From Eubacteriales bacterium (GTDB lineage: Bacteria; Bacillota; Clostridia; Oscillospirales; CAG-272), in contig JAZQJQ010000009.1 in NCBI GenBank assembly GCA_045541735.1, positions 1-61,051 of the forward strand: 61,051 nucleotides of DNA. The letters run 5' to 3'. A model generated the notes under the pieces. The model ran no database searches. It was not told the origin of the DNA and worked only from the letters and a program-made list of their open reading frames with translations. Positions 45,701 through 55,525 of the stretch are shown here, in pieces; position 1 is the stretch's first letter, and every line of letters begins with the position of its first letter. The translations under genes were made by a program, and so were the position numbers.

Positions 45701-46338
45701 TTTTTTTGTAAATAATGGACGTCATTAGTGCATACAAGCGGGATCCCAGTTTTTTCCGATATATCAGCAAGTGCGGAATTGACCGACGACTGCTCTTCGA
45801 TCCTATGATCCTGTAATTCAAGATAAAAGCTATCCGGTCCGAAAATATCACGCATAAGAAGCGCGTATCTTTCTGCCTCTTCAAAATTACCGGCAGTTAT
45901 CTGCTGCGGAATATAACCAGCAAGACATGCAGAAAGCGCAACAAGACCTCCACTGTATTTTTTCAGCATTTCAAGGTCAGTTCGCGGCTTTGCGTAAAAG
46001 CCCTCTGTGTAAGCACTGCTGACGATACGGCAAAGATTTTTGTATCCCTCGGCGTTTTTACAAAGAAGGACAAGATGATTCCCGGAAAGGTCGGCTCTTC
46101 CCTCTTTATTCAGACGGGTCCGCGGAGCAACGTATACCTCACATCCTATGATGGGTTTGATACCCTCTTCCTTACAAGCTCGGTAAAATGCTACGGCACC
46201 GAACAAGGCCCCATGATCCGTGATCGCACAAGCGTTCTGACCAAGTTCCTTAGCACGGCGAGGTATCTCTTTTATACGGCAGGCGCCGTCAAGCAAGCTG
46301 TATTCGCTGTGCAGATGAAGATGTACGAAATCGTGCAT
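42715..46338 (-). CDS. dnaE: DNA polymerase III alpha subunit
   Basis: FVHLHLHSEYSLLDG (PHP), GRGSGAGS, PDFDID and YAFNKSH motifs. Confidence 0.97.
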   Translation of the reverse strand: MHDFVHLHLHSEYSLLDGACRIKEIPRRAKELGQNACAITDHGALFGAVAFYRACKEEGIKPIIGCEVYVAPRTRLNKEGRADLSGNHLVLLCKNAEGYKNLCRIVSSAYTEGFYAKPRTDLEMLKKYSGGLVALSACLAGYIPQQITAGNFEEAERYALLMRDIFGPDSFYLELQDHRIEEQSSVNSALADISEKTGIPLVCTNDVHYLQKKDAYTQAILTCIQTGNTISEGRPLGFESDEFYFKSGDEMHRMFSGYKNALENTVKIADACNFDFEFGDLKLPTFDTNGVPPSVKLRHYAEIGLKKREAAKHIDYSQHPREEYLARIEHELSIIESMGFCEYFLIVRDFVVWAKVNGIPVGPGRGSGAGSLVSYLIGITDVDPLVYSLLFERFLNPERVTMPDFDIDICQIRREEVIKYVTEKYGTDHVSQIIAFDTLAARGAIRDVGRALGVPYAECDAVAKAVPRNYNATIADAMETADFAALYNSSPQIKQMIDIAAALEGMPRHASTHAAGVVITDKPLTDYIPIAKNGDTTVTQYEMTTVEALGLVKIDFLGLRYVTIMDTAEKLIKAEYPDFDLASIPFDDKKTYKLISAGRTSGVFQLESAGMRQVLTRLQPDSIDDVIASIALYRPGPMESIPRYVEFRHNPDKVTYAVPELKKIIGVTHGCIVYQEQVMQIFRELAGYTYGQADIVRRAMAKKKLDVMEAEGEKFVREAEKRGILPDKAKSIYSEMANFAKYAFNKSHAAAYAVISYRTAYLKTHYTRFYMAALLSSVLGDFGATAGYIAECGKYGIKTLSPDINESGVAFTVSGDNIRFGLLAVKGVGEQFARNIVIERSKKPFASFADFISRMSEFGLNKKQLEMLIKCGAFDSLGIFRSRLLATYEHQLDMQNDKIRRNVSGQLDLFSSVDDMDEGGFEYPELAELSMNELLAMEKESTGMYFSGHMLDGYSDAVSQVDHIEITDLVSDGDDNESKDGRDVTVVGIVGRITKKTTKKGDEMAFISLEDRFAEIEILLFPKVYVKCSDVITSDAAVSVTGTLSVREDEPPKILARDVALLVKNGERKEASYQTSSQPHAPMIGMGGAFGSAAIMQAMRMAREKNAQNTQKGPEYDQAPKSPAAEPQSKKADKLCIKVKSMDSVEAKKAENLVAIFCGNVRVLFFDESTKKYVALSNYGADVCPTLIRELRSLLGSENVVVLYQPV

Positions 46339-46356
46339 AACGGCCCCTTTCTCTTG

Positions 46357-47244
46357 CTATTTAGAAAACTTTTTTCTGTCTTCTTCAAGAATTTCTGTAA
46401 TTTTTTCAAGTCTATGATAAAGACCGGATTTTGAAACCGGAGGCACGTGCATCGCAGCAAGAGACGAAAGCGAGCTGTCGGGATTTTCTATACGAAGCAT
46501 CGCCGTTTCCGAAAGCTCAGGCGGAAGAACTGAGAGTCTATCATTTTCGCGCGCAAAACGAATTAGCTCAGTAAGCTGCTTTGCCGCGGTAACGGTCTTT
46601 GATATATTGCTGGTAATGCAGTTTGAGGCGCGATTTGCATCGCCTCTTGTCTGCTTGCCTATGCCGGCGTTGATAAAATCAAAATAAGCATTGTTTACGC
46701 CCAGTTCTCCAAGCAATTGCTCAATGACCTCGCGTTTTTTTGCGTATAAGTAAGTTTTACCGCGTCTTTCGCCCGTGAAAAACTGAATGCCGCAGGCTTC
46801 TCCAAGTTCTTTTACCGAGAATGCCGCGTGTACGTCGGCCGGGGTGAGCTGAAGATAGCACTCTTTTTCCGGATCATTCATGCTTCCGACTGCAATGAAA
46901 ATGCCGCGCAGAACGTGTGAAGAGCACTCAGGGCACTTAACGTATTCGGAATAATCCGCCTGCTTTTCAAGCATTATTCGGGCGGCTTTTGAGTTAAATG
47001 ACAATTTTGTCCTTCCTCTTGACGTACCAAGCTCCTCGGGGTCGCGTGTAAACTGCTCCTTAATTAGTTTACGAGCCAGATCCGATGAGCAAGTAGGAAC
47101 AGAAAGGATAACATCGCCTTCCTCGGTTCTCTTTGCAGAAAAGAGGAGACCGAATGTAAGAGCGCGTCTGCAGCATTGCTTTTTAATGTCTACAGAAGAC
47201 ATCTCCGTTTTTAGGCGTTCTGACCACGGCAAGGTATTACTCAA
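46357..47244 (-). CDS. whiA: DNA-binding protein WhiA
   Basis: CCRRA, LRGIFIAVGSMNDPEK, ANRASNC and SKSGLYHRL motifs. TTG 47244 after GAGAGG (start approximate). Confidence 0.88.
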   Translation of the reverse strand: MSNTLPWSERLKTEMSSVDIKKQCCRRALTFGLLFSAKRTEEGDVILSVPTCSSDLARKLIKEQFTRDPEELGTSRGRTKLSFNSKAARIMLEKQADYSEYVKCPECSSHVLRGIFIAVGSMNDPEKECYLQLTPADVHAAFSVKELGEACGIQFFTGERRGKTYLYAKKREVIEQLLGELGVNNAYFDFINAGIGKQTRGDANRASNCITSNISKTVTAAKQLTELIRFARENDRLSVLPPELSETAMLRIENPDSSLSSLAAMHVPPVSKSGLYHRLEKITEILEEDRKKFSK

Positions 47245-48154
47245 GATACTCGACCTCTCTTTCAATATCAAGACCGTATCTTTCCTTAATTACCGAACGA
47301 ACCTTATCCGCAAGCTCAAGAATATCCGCACAAGTCGCGTTATTCCTGTTAATTAAAAAACCAGCATGCTTTTCCGATATCTGAGCTCCGCCGACAGAAA
47401 GTCCCTTCAAACCACTCTCGTCGATAAGCTGTGCAGTAAAATGGCCGTCACAACGCTTAAAAAAGCTGCCGGCGCTGGGATATTCGAGAGGCTGTTTGGA
47501 TCTTCTGGCTGCAATAAGCTCATTCATCCTTGCCGAGATCGCATCAGGATCTCCTTTTTCAAGCTTTAGAGCAAATGATATAACTGTCAGTGAATCGTTA
47601 TTATGGAATATGCTCTGACGGTACCCGAAGCAGCACTCCGAAGCAGGAAATTCAATGATACTCCTTGATGTGCTGTCGTAAGCTGTAACCGAGATACAGA
47701 TATCACTTATCTGCCCTCCGTATGCTCCAGCATTCATATAGCAAGCTCCGCCAACAGAACCGGGGATCCCGTACATAAACTCAGCACCCGTAAGAGAAGA
47801 ATCACGAGCAGCGCGGGCAAGCGCATTCAGAGAAGCGCCGCATTCCGCAAAAACAGTATCTCCTTTAACTGTAACGGAATTCATTCTTTCAGTTCTGATG
47901 ATGATTCCGTCATATCCGCTGTCGGAACAAATTACGTTTGACCCGTGACCGAGAACAGCATGCTTATAGCTGTACTTAACACAAAGCTCAAGCGCAAAGC
48001 ATAATTGATCAGAACTTGCTGGAAAAAGCGCAAGTGCAGCCTTACCGCCTACACGCATTGTGGTGTGGGCGGCAAGGCTATGTTCTCTGTCAACAGTTAA
48101 ATCCGGATACCTTTCGGTTATCTCGCAAATAAAGTTTTCGGGGATAATTATCAT
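47237..48154 (-). CDS. murB: UDP-N-acetylenolpyruvoylglucosamine reductase
   Basis: HTTMRVGG, GHGSN, GIPGSVGG, MNAGAYG, SAGSFFK and HAGFLIN motifs. Confidence 0.95.
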   Translation of the reverse strand: MIIIPENFICEITERYPDLTVDREHSLAAHTTMRVGGKAALALFPASSDQLCFALELCVKYSYKHAVLGHGSNVICSDSGYDGIIIRTERMNSVTVKGDTVFAECGASLNALARAARDSSLTGAEFMYGIPGSVGGACYMNAGAYGGQISDICISVTAYDSTSRSIIEFPASECCFGYRQSIFHNNDSLTVISFALKLEKGDPDAISARMNELIAARRSKQPLEYPSAGSFFKRCDGHFTAQLIDESGLKGLSVGGAQISEKHAGFLINRNNATCADILELADKVRSVIKERYGLDIEREVEYLE

Positions 48155-48160
48155 ATTACC

Positions 48161-49387
48161 TCAACCGAGAATGAATTTTTTAAAGGTCTTCTTACCCTTT
48201 CTGATAACTATGCCGTCTTTAAGCTCTTCAGCGGTAAGAACAGCATCAAAACGCTCGATCTTCTTATCTCCGCAGAAGATACCGCCTTGCTGAATAAGGC
48301 GCTTTGCCTCACCCTTTGAAGGAGCCATTGCACCTATCACGAGAAGCTCTGCAACCTGCGCGGTTCCCTCTGAAGAGAACGCGGAAGCCTCAACTGTAAC
48401 AGTGGGCATATTTTCATTCTCTCCGGCACCGCCGAATACGCTCTTAGCGGCATCGAGAGCCTTTTGAGCCTCTTCGGTTCCGTGAACGAGCTGAGTCATT
48501 TCAAACGCAAGCTTCTCTTTAGCGCGGTTAAGTTCACCGCCCTCAAGCTTCTCATACTCTGCAATCTCATCGAGAGGCATAAAAGTAAGCATCTTCATGC
48601 ATTTGATAACGTCAGCATCGCCGACGTTTCTCCAGTACTGGAAGAAATCGTAGGGAGAAGTCTTTTCAGAATCGAGCCAAACAGCGTTGCCTGCAGTCTT
48701 ACCCATCTTGTTACCGTGAGAATCCGTAAGAAGGGTTATAGTCATAGCATATGCATCCTTACCGAGTTTTTTGCGAACAAGTTCGGTACCGCCAAGCATA
48801 TTTGACCACTGATCATCACCGCCGAACTGCATATTACAGTTGTAATTCTTGAATAGGTGATAGAAGTCGTAGCTCTGCATGATCATATAGTTGAATTCAA
48901 GAAAGCTGAGTCCCTTCTCCATTCTCTGCTTGTAGCATTCAGCGCGCAGCATATTATTTACGGAGAAGCAGGAACCAACCTCGCGGAGAAGATCGACGTA
49001 ATTAAGGCTGAGAAGCCAGTCGGCATTATTTACCATTATAGCCTTGCCTTCGCCGAAGTCAATGAACTTTTCCATCTGACGCTTGAAGCACTCGGCGTTG
49101 TGGTCTATATCCTCACGGGTAAGCATCTTTCTCATATCGGTTCTGCCCGAAGGGTCGCCGATCATGGTGGTTCCGCCGCCAATAAGGGCAACGGGTCTGT
49201 TACCTGCCATCTGAAGGCGCTTCATCATAGTAAGCGCCATAAAATGTCCTGCAGTAAGGCTGTCTGCGGTGCAGTCAAAACCGATGTAGAAGGTAGCCTT
49301 GCCTTCGTTGATAAGCTCTCTTATCTCAGGCTCGTCGGTCACCTGTGCTATAAGACCGCGCGCCTGAAGTTCCTCATAAATTTTCAT
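48161..49387 (-). CDS. tyrS: Tyrosine--tRNA ligase
   Basis: YIGFDCTADSLTAGH, QFGGDDQW and KMGKT motifs; C-terminal S4 domain. Confidence 0.96.
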   Translation of the reverse strand: MKIYEELQARGLIAQVTDEPEIRELINEGKATFYIGFDCTADSLTAGHFMALTMMKRLQMAGNRPVALIGGGTTMIGDPSGRTDMRKMLTREDIDHNAECFKRQMEKFIDFGEGKAIMVNNADWLLSLNYVDLLREVGSCFSVNNMLRAECYKQRMEKGLSFLEFNYMIMQSYDFYHLFKNYNCNMQFGGDDQWSNMLGGTELVRKKLGKDAYAMTITLLTDSHGNKMGKTAGNAVWLDSEKTSPYDFFQYWRNVGDADVIKCMKMLTFMPLDEIAEYEKLEGGELNRAKEKLAFEMTQLVHGTEEAQKALDAAKSVFGGAGENENMPTVTVEASAFSSEGTAQVAELLVIGAMAPSKGEAKRLIQQGGIFCGDKKIERFDAVLTAEELKDGIVIRKGKKTFKKFILG

Positions 49388-49408
49388 AGTTATATTTTCC
49401 TTTCAGTT

Positions 49409-51091
49409 TTATATTATTTCATTTTCAGCGTTAAGAAGATCGATCGCCGCCTTACGCTGAGCATCAGTAACGTTAATACCGCCGAGGATACGCGAAAGCT
49501 CTGCGATCCTCTCTTCATTGGAAAGCTGACGGACAGAGGATGAATATCTGTCACCGTGAAGCGACTTGCTGACAACAAGGTGGTTTGAAGCAAGTGAGGC
49601 TATCTGCGCAGAATGTGTTACACAAAACACCTGCGTGTCAGAAGAAGCTTTTTTGAGCTTTATTCCGATCTTGCGGGCTGTCTTACCGGAAACACCGGCA
49701 TCTATCTCATCAAAGATAACGGTTCCGACACCGTCAGCCTCATTAAATACGCTTTTGATTGCAAGCATAACTCGGGACAGTTCGCCGCCCGATGCTATTT
49801 TGGAAAGCGGCTGAGGCTGTTCTCCGGATGCACCGGCAAGCATAAAACGAACGTCGTCACATCCGTCAGAGGATAATGAATCGTCTTCGCGGCCGTTTAC
49901 AAAAACAGCGAATCGAACATTAGGCATGTCAAGAAAAGCCAGCTCATCGCATATTCTTTCGGAAAGCTCGTTCGCCGCATTCTTTCTCAAATCGGATAAT
50001 TTGCCGGCCTTTTCACAGCAAACATTTTTTAAAGCTGTAAGCTCGCTTTGTAAAAGTTCAATATCCCCTTCGGAATTATCAAGGAGCTCAAGCCTCTTTG
50101 CAGTTTCATTATACAGCTCAATAAGACCGTCTGTATCCTTGCGGTACTTTTTTTGAAGTCTCTCTATTTTATCGAGGCGAGATTCAAGTGCAGTGAGAAG
50201 CTGTGTAGGATCGCCGTCAAAACCTCCGGAAACAGATACTGCAGAATCGGCTACGTCGTCTATTTCATACTTTACCGTTTCCAGCCGTTCGGCAAGACGA
50301 GCGTACTCCTCTGAAACAGTTGAAAGAGAATTCAAAGCGGCAATACTTCTGTCAAGAAGATATACGGCGTTAACTTTATCTCCGCCCTTCAGCGCTCGGT
50401 ATGCAAATCCCGACTGTTTTTCAATGCGTTCAGCGTTTTGCAGACGTTTTCTTTCAAGCTGCAGTTTTTCTTCTTCTCCTGCCTTCAATTTAGCGGCGCC
50501 GAGCTCCTTTAATCGATGCTCAAGAACGTCGCGCTCTTCCGAATCCTTCTCAACTTGTTTTATAACTCGTTCAAGCTCAGAGCGTTTTGCTGAGTACTCG
50601 TAATAAGATTTTCTGTATTCATCAAGGATCACAGAATCATCGGCATATTTATCAAGCAGAAGAAGATGATTACTTTCATTTAAAAGCGACCAGTTATCCT
50701 GCTGCCCGTGTATGTTGATAAGGGAAGAAGCAATATCTCTGAATACCGCAAGCGGCATCTGTCTGCCGTTAATTCTGCAAACGGATCTTCCGTCGGCTGA
50801 AATTGTGCGCGAGAGCATAAGCTCTCCGTCATCAGCTGCGATTCCCGCGTCATTACAAACTCGGGCGGCATTCTCATGAATGTCACAGAAAAAACCGCAG
50901 ATTTCCGCCCTATCCTCTCCGTTGCGTATGATCGATCTGTCCGAACGGGACCCGCACAAAAGCCCGATACTGTCTATTATAATGGATTTTCCGGCACCCG
51001 TTTCACCCGTGAGCGCGGTAAACCCCGAAGAAAAGCTGATATCACAGCTTTTAATAACTGCTATATTCTCAATATGCAGAGAAACAAGCAT
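49409..51091 (-). CDS. recN: DNA repair protein RecN
   Basis: LTGETGAGKS, ASGGELSR and FDEID motifs. Confidence 0.96.
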   Translation of the reverse strand: MLVSLHIENIAVIKSCDISFSSGFTALTGETGAGKSIIIDSIGLLCGSRSDRSIIRNGEDRAEICGFFCDIHENAARVCNDAGIAADDGELMLSRTISADGRSVCRINGRQMPLAVFRDIASSLINIHGQQDNWSLLNESNHLLLLDKYADDSVILDEYRKSYYEYSAKRSELERVIKQVEKDSEERDVLEHRLKELGAAKLKAGEEEKLQLERKRLQNAERIEKQSGFAYRALKGGDKVNAVYLLDRSIAALNSLSTVSEEYARLAERLETVKYEIDDVADSAVSVSGGFDGDPTQLLTALESRLDKIERLQKKYRKDTDGLIELYNETAKRLELLDNSEGDIELLQSELTALKNVCCEKAGKLSDLRKNAANELSERICDELAFLDMPNVRFAVFVNGREDDSLSSDGCDDVRFMLAGASGEQPQPLSKIASGGELSRVMLAIKSVFNEADGVGTVIFDEIDAGVSGKTARKIGIKLKKASSDTQVFCVTHSAQIASLASNHLVVSKSLHGDRYSSSVRQLSNEERIAELSRILGGINVTDAQRKAAIDLLNAENEII

Positions 51092-51112
51092 ACGGAATAC
51101 CTCCGTTCAAAT

Positions 51113-51568
51113 TCAGTTATTCTCTCTAATCAGTCTTCTCATATCTGCGCCGACTCTTTCTGCGCTTTCGATATCTCGCGTAACTACGATTATAGAATCG
51201 TCACCTGCAACACAGCCGAGAACGCTGTCATCCTCTATACCGTCGATAGCGGCGGCTATAGCTTGTGCCATACCCGGATACGTCTTTATTATTATCTGAT
51301 TCATCGCCCAATCTATCTTCGTTATTGATTCGGAGAGAGCGCTCTTAAAACGAACGTTGGACCCCTCCGGCTTTTTTGGAAGGACGTACTTATATGTGCC
51401 TCTCGGGGTAAGTATCTTTGAGATCTTAAGATCTCTGATATCTCGGCTAACGGTAGCCTGAGTTACTTCAAACCCAAGCTGAGCCAGAAGACTGATCAGT
51501 TCCTCTTGAGTCTCGATGGTATATTTACCCACCATTTCAACGATTTTTTCTTGTCTTTCGTTTTTCAT
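51113..51568 (-). CDS. argR: Arginine repressor
   Basis: TQATVSRDI and VAGDD motifs. Confidence 0.95.
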   Translation of the reverse strand: MKNERQEKIVEMVGKYTIETQEELISLLAQLGFEVTQATVSRDIRDLKISKILTPRGTYKYVLPKKPEGSNVRFKSALSESITKIDWAMNQIIIKTYPGMAQAIAAAIDGIEDDSVLGCVAGDDSIIVVTRDIESAERVGADMRRLIRENN

Positions 51569-51587
51569 AGGTAACGCCTTTCTTATT

Positions 51588-52454
51588 TTACCTTTGCTCT
51601 ATCTTTGCTCTGAGAACAGAGAAAAATTTATTATCTTTTAGCTTTATCATTTTAGCGCTATGCTCAGCGCCGGTGCAGATGACCTTAGCACCAAACGGAA
51701 GAGGGACAGCGATCTTACCGTCTATGTTCAGCAAAACGCTCTCTTCCCTGTCATATACGTTCTCAACAGTCATAACACTGTCCCCGGCAAAAACGAGCGG
51801 TTTGGCAGCAGGACTTACACAGCAGATGGGAACCACTGTCATACAGTTCATTGACGGATCAAGCACCGGACCGCCTGCAGCCAGTGAATATGCCGTTGAA
51901 CCGGTCGGAGTTGACATTATGATACCGTTTCCTCTGTAGAAAAGTACAGAAGCACCGCCGCAGTAAAGCATTAGGTCTATGCAATGAAGACCTGTCGCAT
52001 GCTGTACCACCGCATCGTTAAGGGCATTTTCGCATAAAAGAGTGCGCTTGCCGTCGATCTCGATCTCGACCTTCAGCGTCATTCTGTCTTCTATGACATA
52101 ATCCCCCGTAGCAAGACGGGAAAGCATCGAATACTCCTCAGGTTCAAGCTCAGCCATGTAACCCAGACGTCCGAGATTTATACCGATCATCGGACACTCA
52201 TTCGGAATGGCATACGCGGCAGCATTTAGAATAGTACCGTCGCCGCCTAGAAGGATAGCAGCATCGGCATTGCGGTACATCGCGTCAGGGTCATCATAAA
52301 CTCTTACGGATGTTTCGGCAACATGTCCGACTTCAGAAGGCACACGCACGTTAAAGCCTTTTGAAACGAGATAATCGAGAATAGTTTTAAAACAAGAGAG
52401 CTCCTTATCCTTGTACAGATTAGTTACAAGAACAACGTCTTTTAACTTCTTCAT
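51588..52454 (-). CDS. nadK: NAD kinase
   Basis: LGGDGT, GINLGRLGY and STPTGSTAYSLAAGGP motifs. ATG 52454. Confidence 0.93.
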   Translation of the reverse strand: MKKLKDVVLVTNLYKDKELSCFKTILDYLVSKGFNVRVPSEVGHVAETSVRVYDDPDAMYRNADAAILLGGDGTILNAAAYAIPNECPMIGINLGRLGYMAELEPEEYSMLSRLATGDYVIEDRMTLKVEIEIDGKRTLLCENALNDAVVQHATGLHCIDLMLYCGGASVLFYRGNGIIMSTPTGSTAYSLAAGGPVLDPSMNCMTVVPICCVSPAAKPLVFAGDSVMTVENVYDREESVLLNIDGKIAVPLPFGAKVICTGAEHSAKMIKLKDNKFFSVLRAKIEQR

Positions 52455-52461
52455 AAGCACC

Positions 52462-53244
52462 TCATTTGAAATAAGCAAGATATCGGAGACCGGCACGGTC
52501 ATATCTCTTCACATTCAAATTTTCGGCTTTTGCATAAAGGCCGAAGAACTCAACGTTTCCGTCACCGCCCTCTATAGAGGAGCGGGTAAAATCAATAGGT
52601 CTAAGTCCGCAGCTTTCAAGACAATCGTAAATTCTGTAAAGCGCACGCAAGTGCTTATCAGAACCCTTGACAACTCCCTTTGAAACACTTTTGGCATCAA
52701 GCTCGAACTGCGGTTTGATAAGAGCAGCAACGATACCGCTGTCCTTTAAAAGCGGAGATATTGCAGGCAAAATATACGTTTGAGATATAAACGACACATC
52801 CATAACGCAAAGATCAAAATCTCCGCCTACGTCATCTGTCGTGATATATCTTGCATTACATCCTTCAAGCGAAGTTACACGCGGATCCGCGGAAATTGAC
52901 GGTGCGAGCTGATTTTTACCGCAGTCAACAGCTGTAACAGATAAGGCGCCGCGTCTCAAAAGGCAGTCCGTAAATCCGCCCGTTGATGCTCCGATATCAA
53001 GGCACCTCATCCCAGCCGGATCGATTCCAAAATCAGAAAGAGCTCCCAGCAGCTTATAAGCGCCTCTGGAAACGAAACTTTCACCAAGGGTAATGACTGA
53101 TATGTCGGAACCGTCATCAAGTTCCTGACTGCTCTTTTTTACCTGAGCACCGTTTGCATAAACGCATCCGGATTCAATCAACCTTTGCGCGCGGCTGCGG
53201 CTTTCCGCATAACCGAGCATAGTAAGTAACACATCGGCACGCAT
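52462..53244 (-). CDS. tlyA: TlyA family rRNA 2'-O-methyltransferase
   Basis: S4 domain; VSRGAYKL, DIGASTGGFTD and KPQFE motifs. ATG 53244. Confidence 0.93.
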   Translation of the reverse strand: MRADVLLTMLGYAESRSRAQRLIESGCVYANGAQVKKSSQELDDGSDISVITLGESFVSRGAYKLLGALSDFGIDPAGMRCLDIGASTGGFTDCLLRRGALSVTAVDCGKNQLAPSISADPRVTSLEGCNARYITTDDVGGDFDLCVMDVSFISQTYILPAISPLLKDSGIVAALIKPQFELDAKSVSKGVVKGSDKHLRALYRIYDCLESCGLRPIDFTRSSIEGGDGNVEFFGLYAKAENLNVKRYDRAGLRYLAYFK

Positions 53245-54104
53245 CAATATGTTCTCTCCAATAAAAGATCGCAAAGTCCGCGTAAAAATTCGCTATTCTC
53301 ATAAGAGAAAATGGCCGATTTTGCCTCTTCAGATAACCTTTCTGCCTCTTTCTTTGCTTCTTCGGCTGTCATAAAGGTGAGAAAAGTAGCAAGACCGCGT
53401 TCGGCATCGCTTCCCTCTTCGTCTGCATCAAGAATGTCGTCGATTATCTGAAAAGCAAGTCCAAGCTTTTCTGCATACTCGGCACACGGAGCATACGCCG
53501 ATGTGTCTTCAAACAGATCACCCGCGGCAATGCAGCCAAGAACAGCCGAAAACCGCATCAGTTTGCCTGTTTTATACTTCTGTATCTTTATGAGTCCTTC
53601 GTAATCGGGTCTTACCTTTTCAGATGCAATATCGAATACTTGACCGGAACAGATACCTCCTATGCCTCCTGCTTCTGATAACGCCAAAACCGCACTGCGC
53701 ACGCTTTTCGGATTACCTGTCAAGGCTTTAAAAGCAAGGCAGATAAGCGCATCACCGCAAAGAAGTGCCGTGCTTTCACCGAATTTAATATGGCATGAGG
53801 GTTTTCCTCTTCGTATACTATCATTATCAAGCGCGGGCATATCGTCATGCACAAGGCTTGAGGCGTGGATAAGCTCAACGGCACATGCATACGGCATAGC
53901 CTCATCCGCGGAAACACCTCGCATGATTGCCATTTCAAGGCAGATAACTCCGCGTATCCTTTTCCCGCCGCCAAGGACAGAATAACTCATAGCCTCGGAA
54001 AGCTCGGTGCTGTGATCGGGATCACATTTTAGAATGTCAGAAAGTGCTTTTTCTATTAAATCCGCATCATACTTTACACGCGCGGCGATCTGTTCGTTAT
54101 TCAT
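53244..54104 (-). CDS. ispA: Geranyltranstransferase / farnesyl diphosphate synthase
   Basis: GGKRIR, HDDMPALDND and FQIIDDILD motifs. ATG 54104. Confidence 0.92.
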   Translation of the reverse strand: MNNEQIAARVKYDADLIEKALSDILKCDPDHSTELSEAMSYSVLGGGKRIRGVICLEMAIMRGVSADEAMPYACAVELIHASSLVHDDMPALDNDSIRRGKPSCHIKFGESTALLCGDALICLAFKALTGNPKSVRSAVLALSEAGGIGGICSGQVFDIASEKVRPDYEGLIKIQKYKTGKLMRFSAVLGCIAAGDLFEDTSAYAPCAEYAEKLGLAFQIIDDILDADEEGSDAERGLATFLTFMTAEEAKKEAERLSEEAKSAIFSYENSEFLRGLCDLLLERTY

Positions 54105-54303
54105 TGGCTTCACCTGCAGTAAGCTCAATGATCTTTTTTTCAGCTTCGTCAAGCTCTGCTGTGCAGAAGCGAACAAGCGTAACGCCTTCCTCGAACAGCG
54201 CAAGCGAATCAGAAAGCGGAGCTTTTCCGTTTTCAAGAAGCTTCACTATCTCCTCAAGTCTTTCAACAGACTCTTCAAAAGTCTTTCTTTTAGTATCTGC
54301 CAT
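54097..54303 (-). CDS. xseB: Exodeoxyribonuclease VII small subunit
   Basis: TFEESVERLEEIV...LFEEG. Confidence 0.94.
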   Translation of the reverse strand: MADTKRKTFEESVERLEEIVKLLENGKAPLSDSLALFEEGVTLVRFCTAELDEAEKKIIELTAGEANE

Positions 54304-55522
54304 TTAAATCTTCTCCCTTCAAGGGCTCTGTATTTTCTACTCTGGTAACAACATTACCGTCTGAAAACCGTAATTTTATCAGATCACCTTCATTGATATC
54401 TCGAATCGAGCTGACAGTCTTTCCATCAGCATCGGAAGCAAGTATATAACCTCTGTCGATGACGTTAAGCGGATTCAGCGCATTAAGGCCCGACACAAGA
54501 GATACAAGTGCAGCATCCTTTTGTTTTTTGATAGATGCCATTCTGGTAAAAAGCAGCTCTCTCATTGCAAGAAGGTCCTTGCGTCTCCATTCAACTGCGC
54601 CGAGAGGGGAACGCATAACACCTCTTGACGAAAGTGAATCAACGTACTGGCGAAGGTCGTTTATACGTGAATATAGCGCATTGGCGATCCTTGAGTCAAT
54701 AGCAGCGATTCGCGCAACATATTCCGACCTATCGGGTACGGCAAGCTCTGCAGCAGCACTGGGTGTTGGTGCTCTAACATCCGCAGCAAAATCGGAAAGA
54801 GTAAAATCAGTCTCGTGACCGACAGCACTGATTATAGGGATCGGGTATGCAGCAATGTCGCGAACAAGCATCTCGTCATTGAATGCCCAAAGATCCTCGA
54901 TAGAACCGCCGCCCCTGCCGATTATAACAGTGTCAACTCCGCCTCTTTCTGCCATAAGTCTGAGCGCACTGCGAAGCTCGGAAGGTGCATCTGCACCCTG
55001 AACGGAAGAACCGCAGAATACGATCTCAGCCATCGGCCAGCGACGGGTAAGTACCGAAACGATATCCCTGACAGCCGCACCCGTTTTTGAGGTTATTACC
55101 CCGACTTTTTTGGGAAATTTAGGAAGCGGTCTTTTATTTGACTCATCAAAAAGTCCTTCAGTCTCAAGCTGCTTTTTCAGTTCCTCGTATTTTTGCCACA
55201 AGGCTCCCGCGCCGTCTCTCACAAGACGCGTGCAATAAAGTTGATACTGCCCTCCCTGCGGGTAAACGCTTATTCTTCCGTAAGCTTTGACTGCCTCTCC
55301 GTCTCTCGGTTCAAAATCAATGCTCGCAGCAGACGAACGAAACATTACGGCTTTTATCTGGGCTCCGTCGTCTTTAAGAGAAAAATAAAGATGACCGCTC
55401 GCATAATGCGCTTTGAAATTAGATATCTCGCCGCTGACTGCGGCAAATGAAAGAATCTCGTCACTGTCAACGAGTCGTTTTATGTATTCCGTTATCTCAG
55501 TGACGGTAAGCGTATCCTTCAT
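54290..55522 (-). CDS. xseA: Exodeoxyribonuclease VII large subunit
   Basis: GEISNF, GHLYFSLKD, RGGGSIEDL, GHETD and PTPSAAAE motifs. Confidence 0.96.
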   Translation of the reverse strand: MKDTLTVTEITEYIKRLVDSDEILSFAAVSGEISNFKAHYASGHLYFSLKDDGAQIKAVMFRSSAASIDFEPRDGEAVKAYGRISVYPQGGQYQLYCTRLVRDGAGALWQKYEELKKQLETEGLFDESNKRPLPKFPKKVGVITSKTGAAVRDIVSVLTRRWPMAEIVFCGSSVQGADAPSELRSALRLMAERGGVDTVIIGRGGGSIEDLWAFNDEMLVRDIAAYPIPIISAVGHETDFTLSDFAADVRAPTPSAAAELAVPDRSEYVARIAAIDSRIANALYSRINDLRQYVDSLSSRGVMRSPLGAVEWRRKDLLAMRELLFTRMASIKKQKDAALVSLVSGLNALNPLNVIDRGYILASDADGKTVSSIRDINEGDLIKLRFSDGNVVTRVENTEPLKGEDLNGRY

Positions 55523-55525
55523 CTT

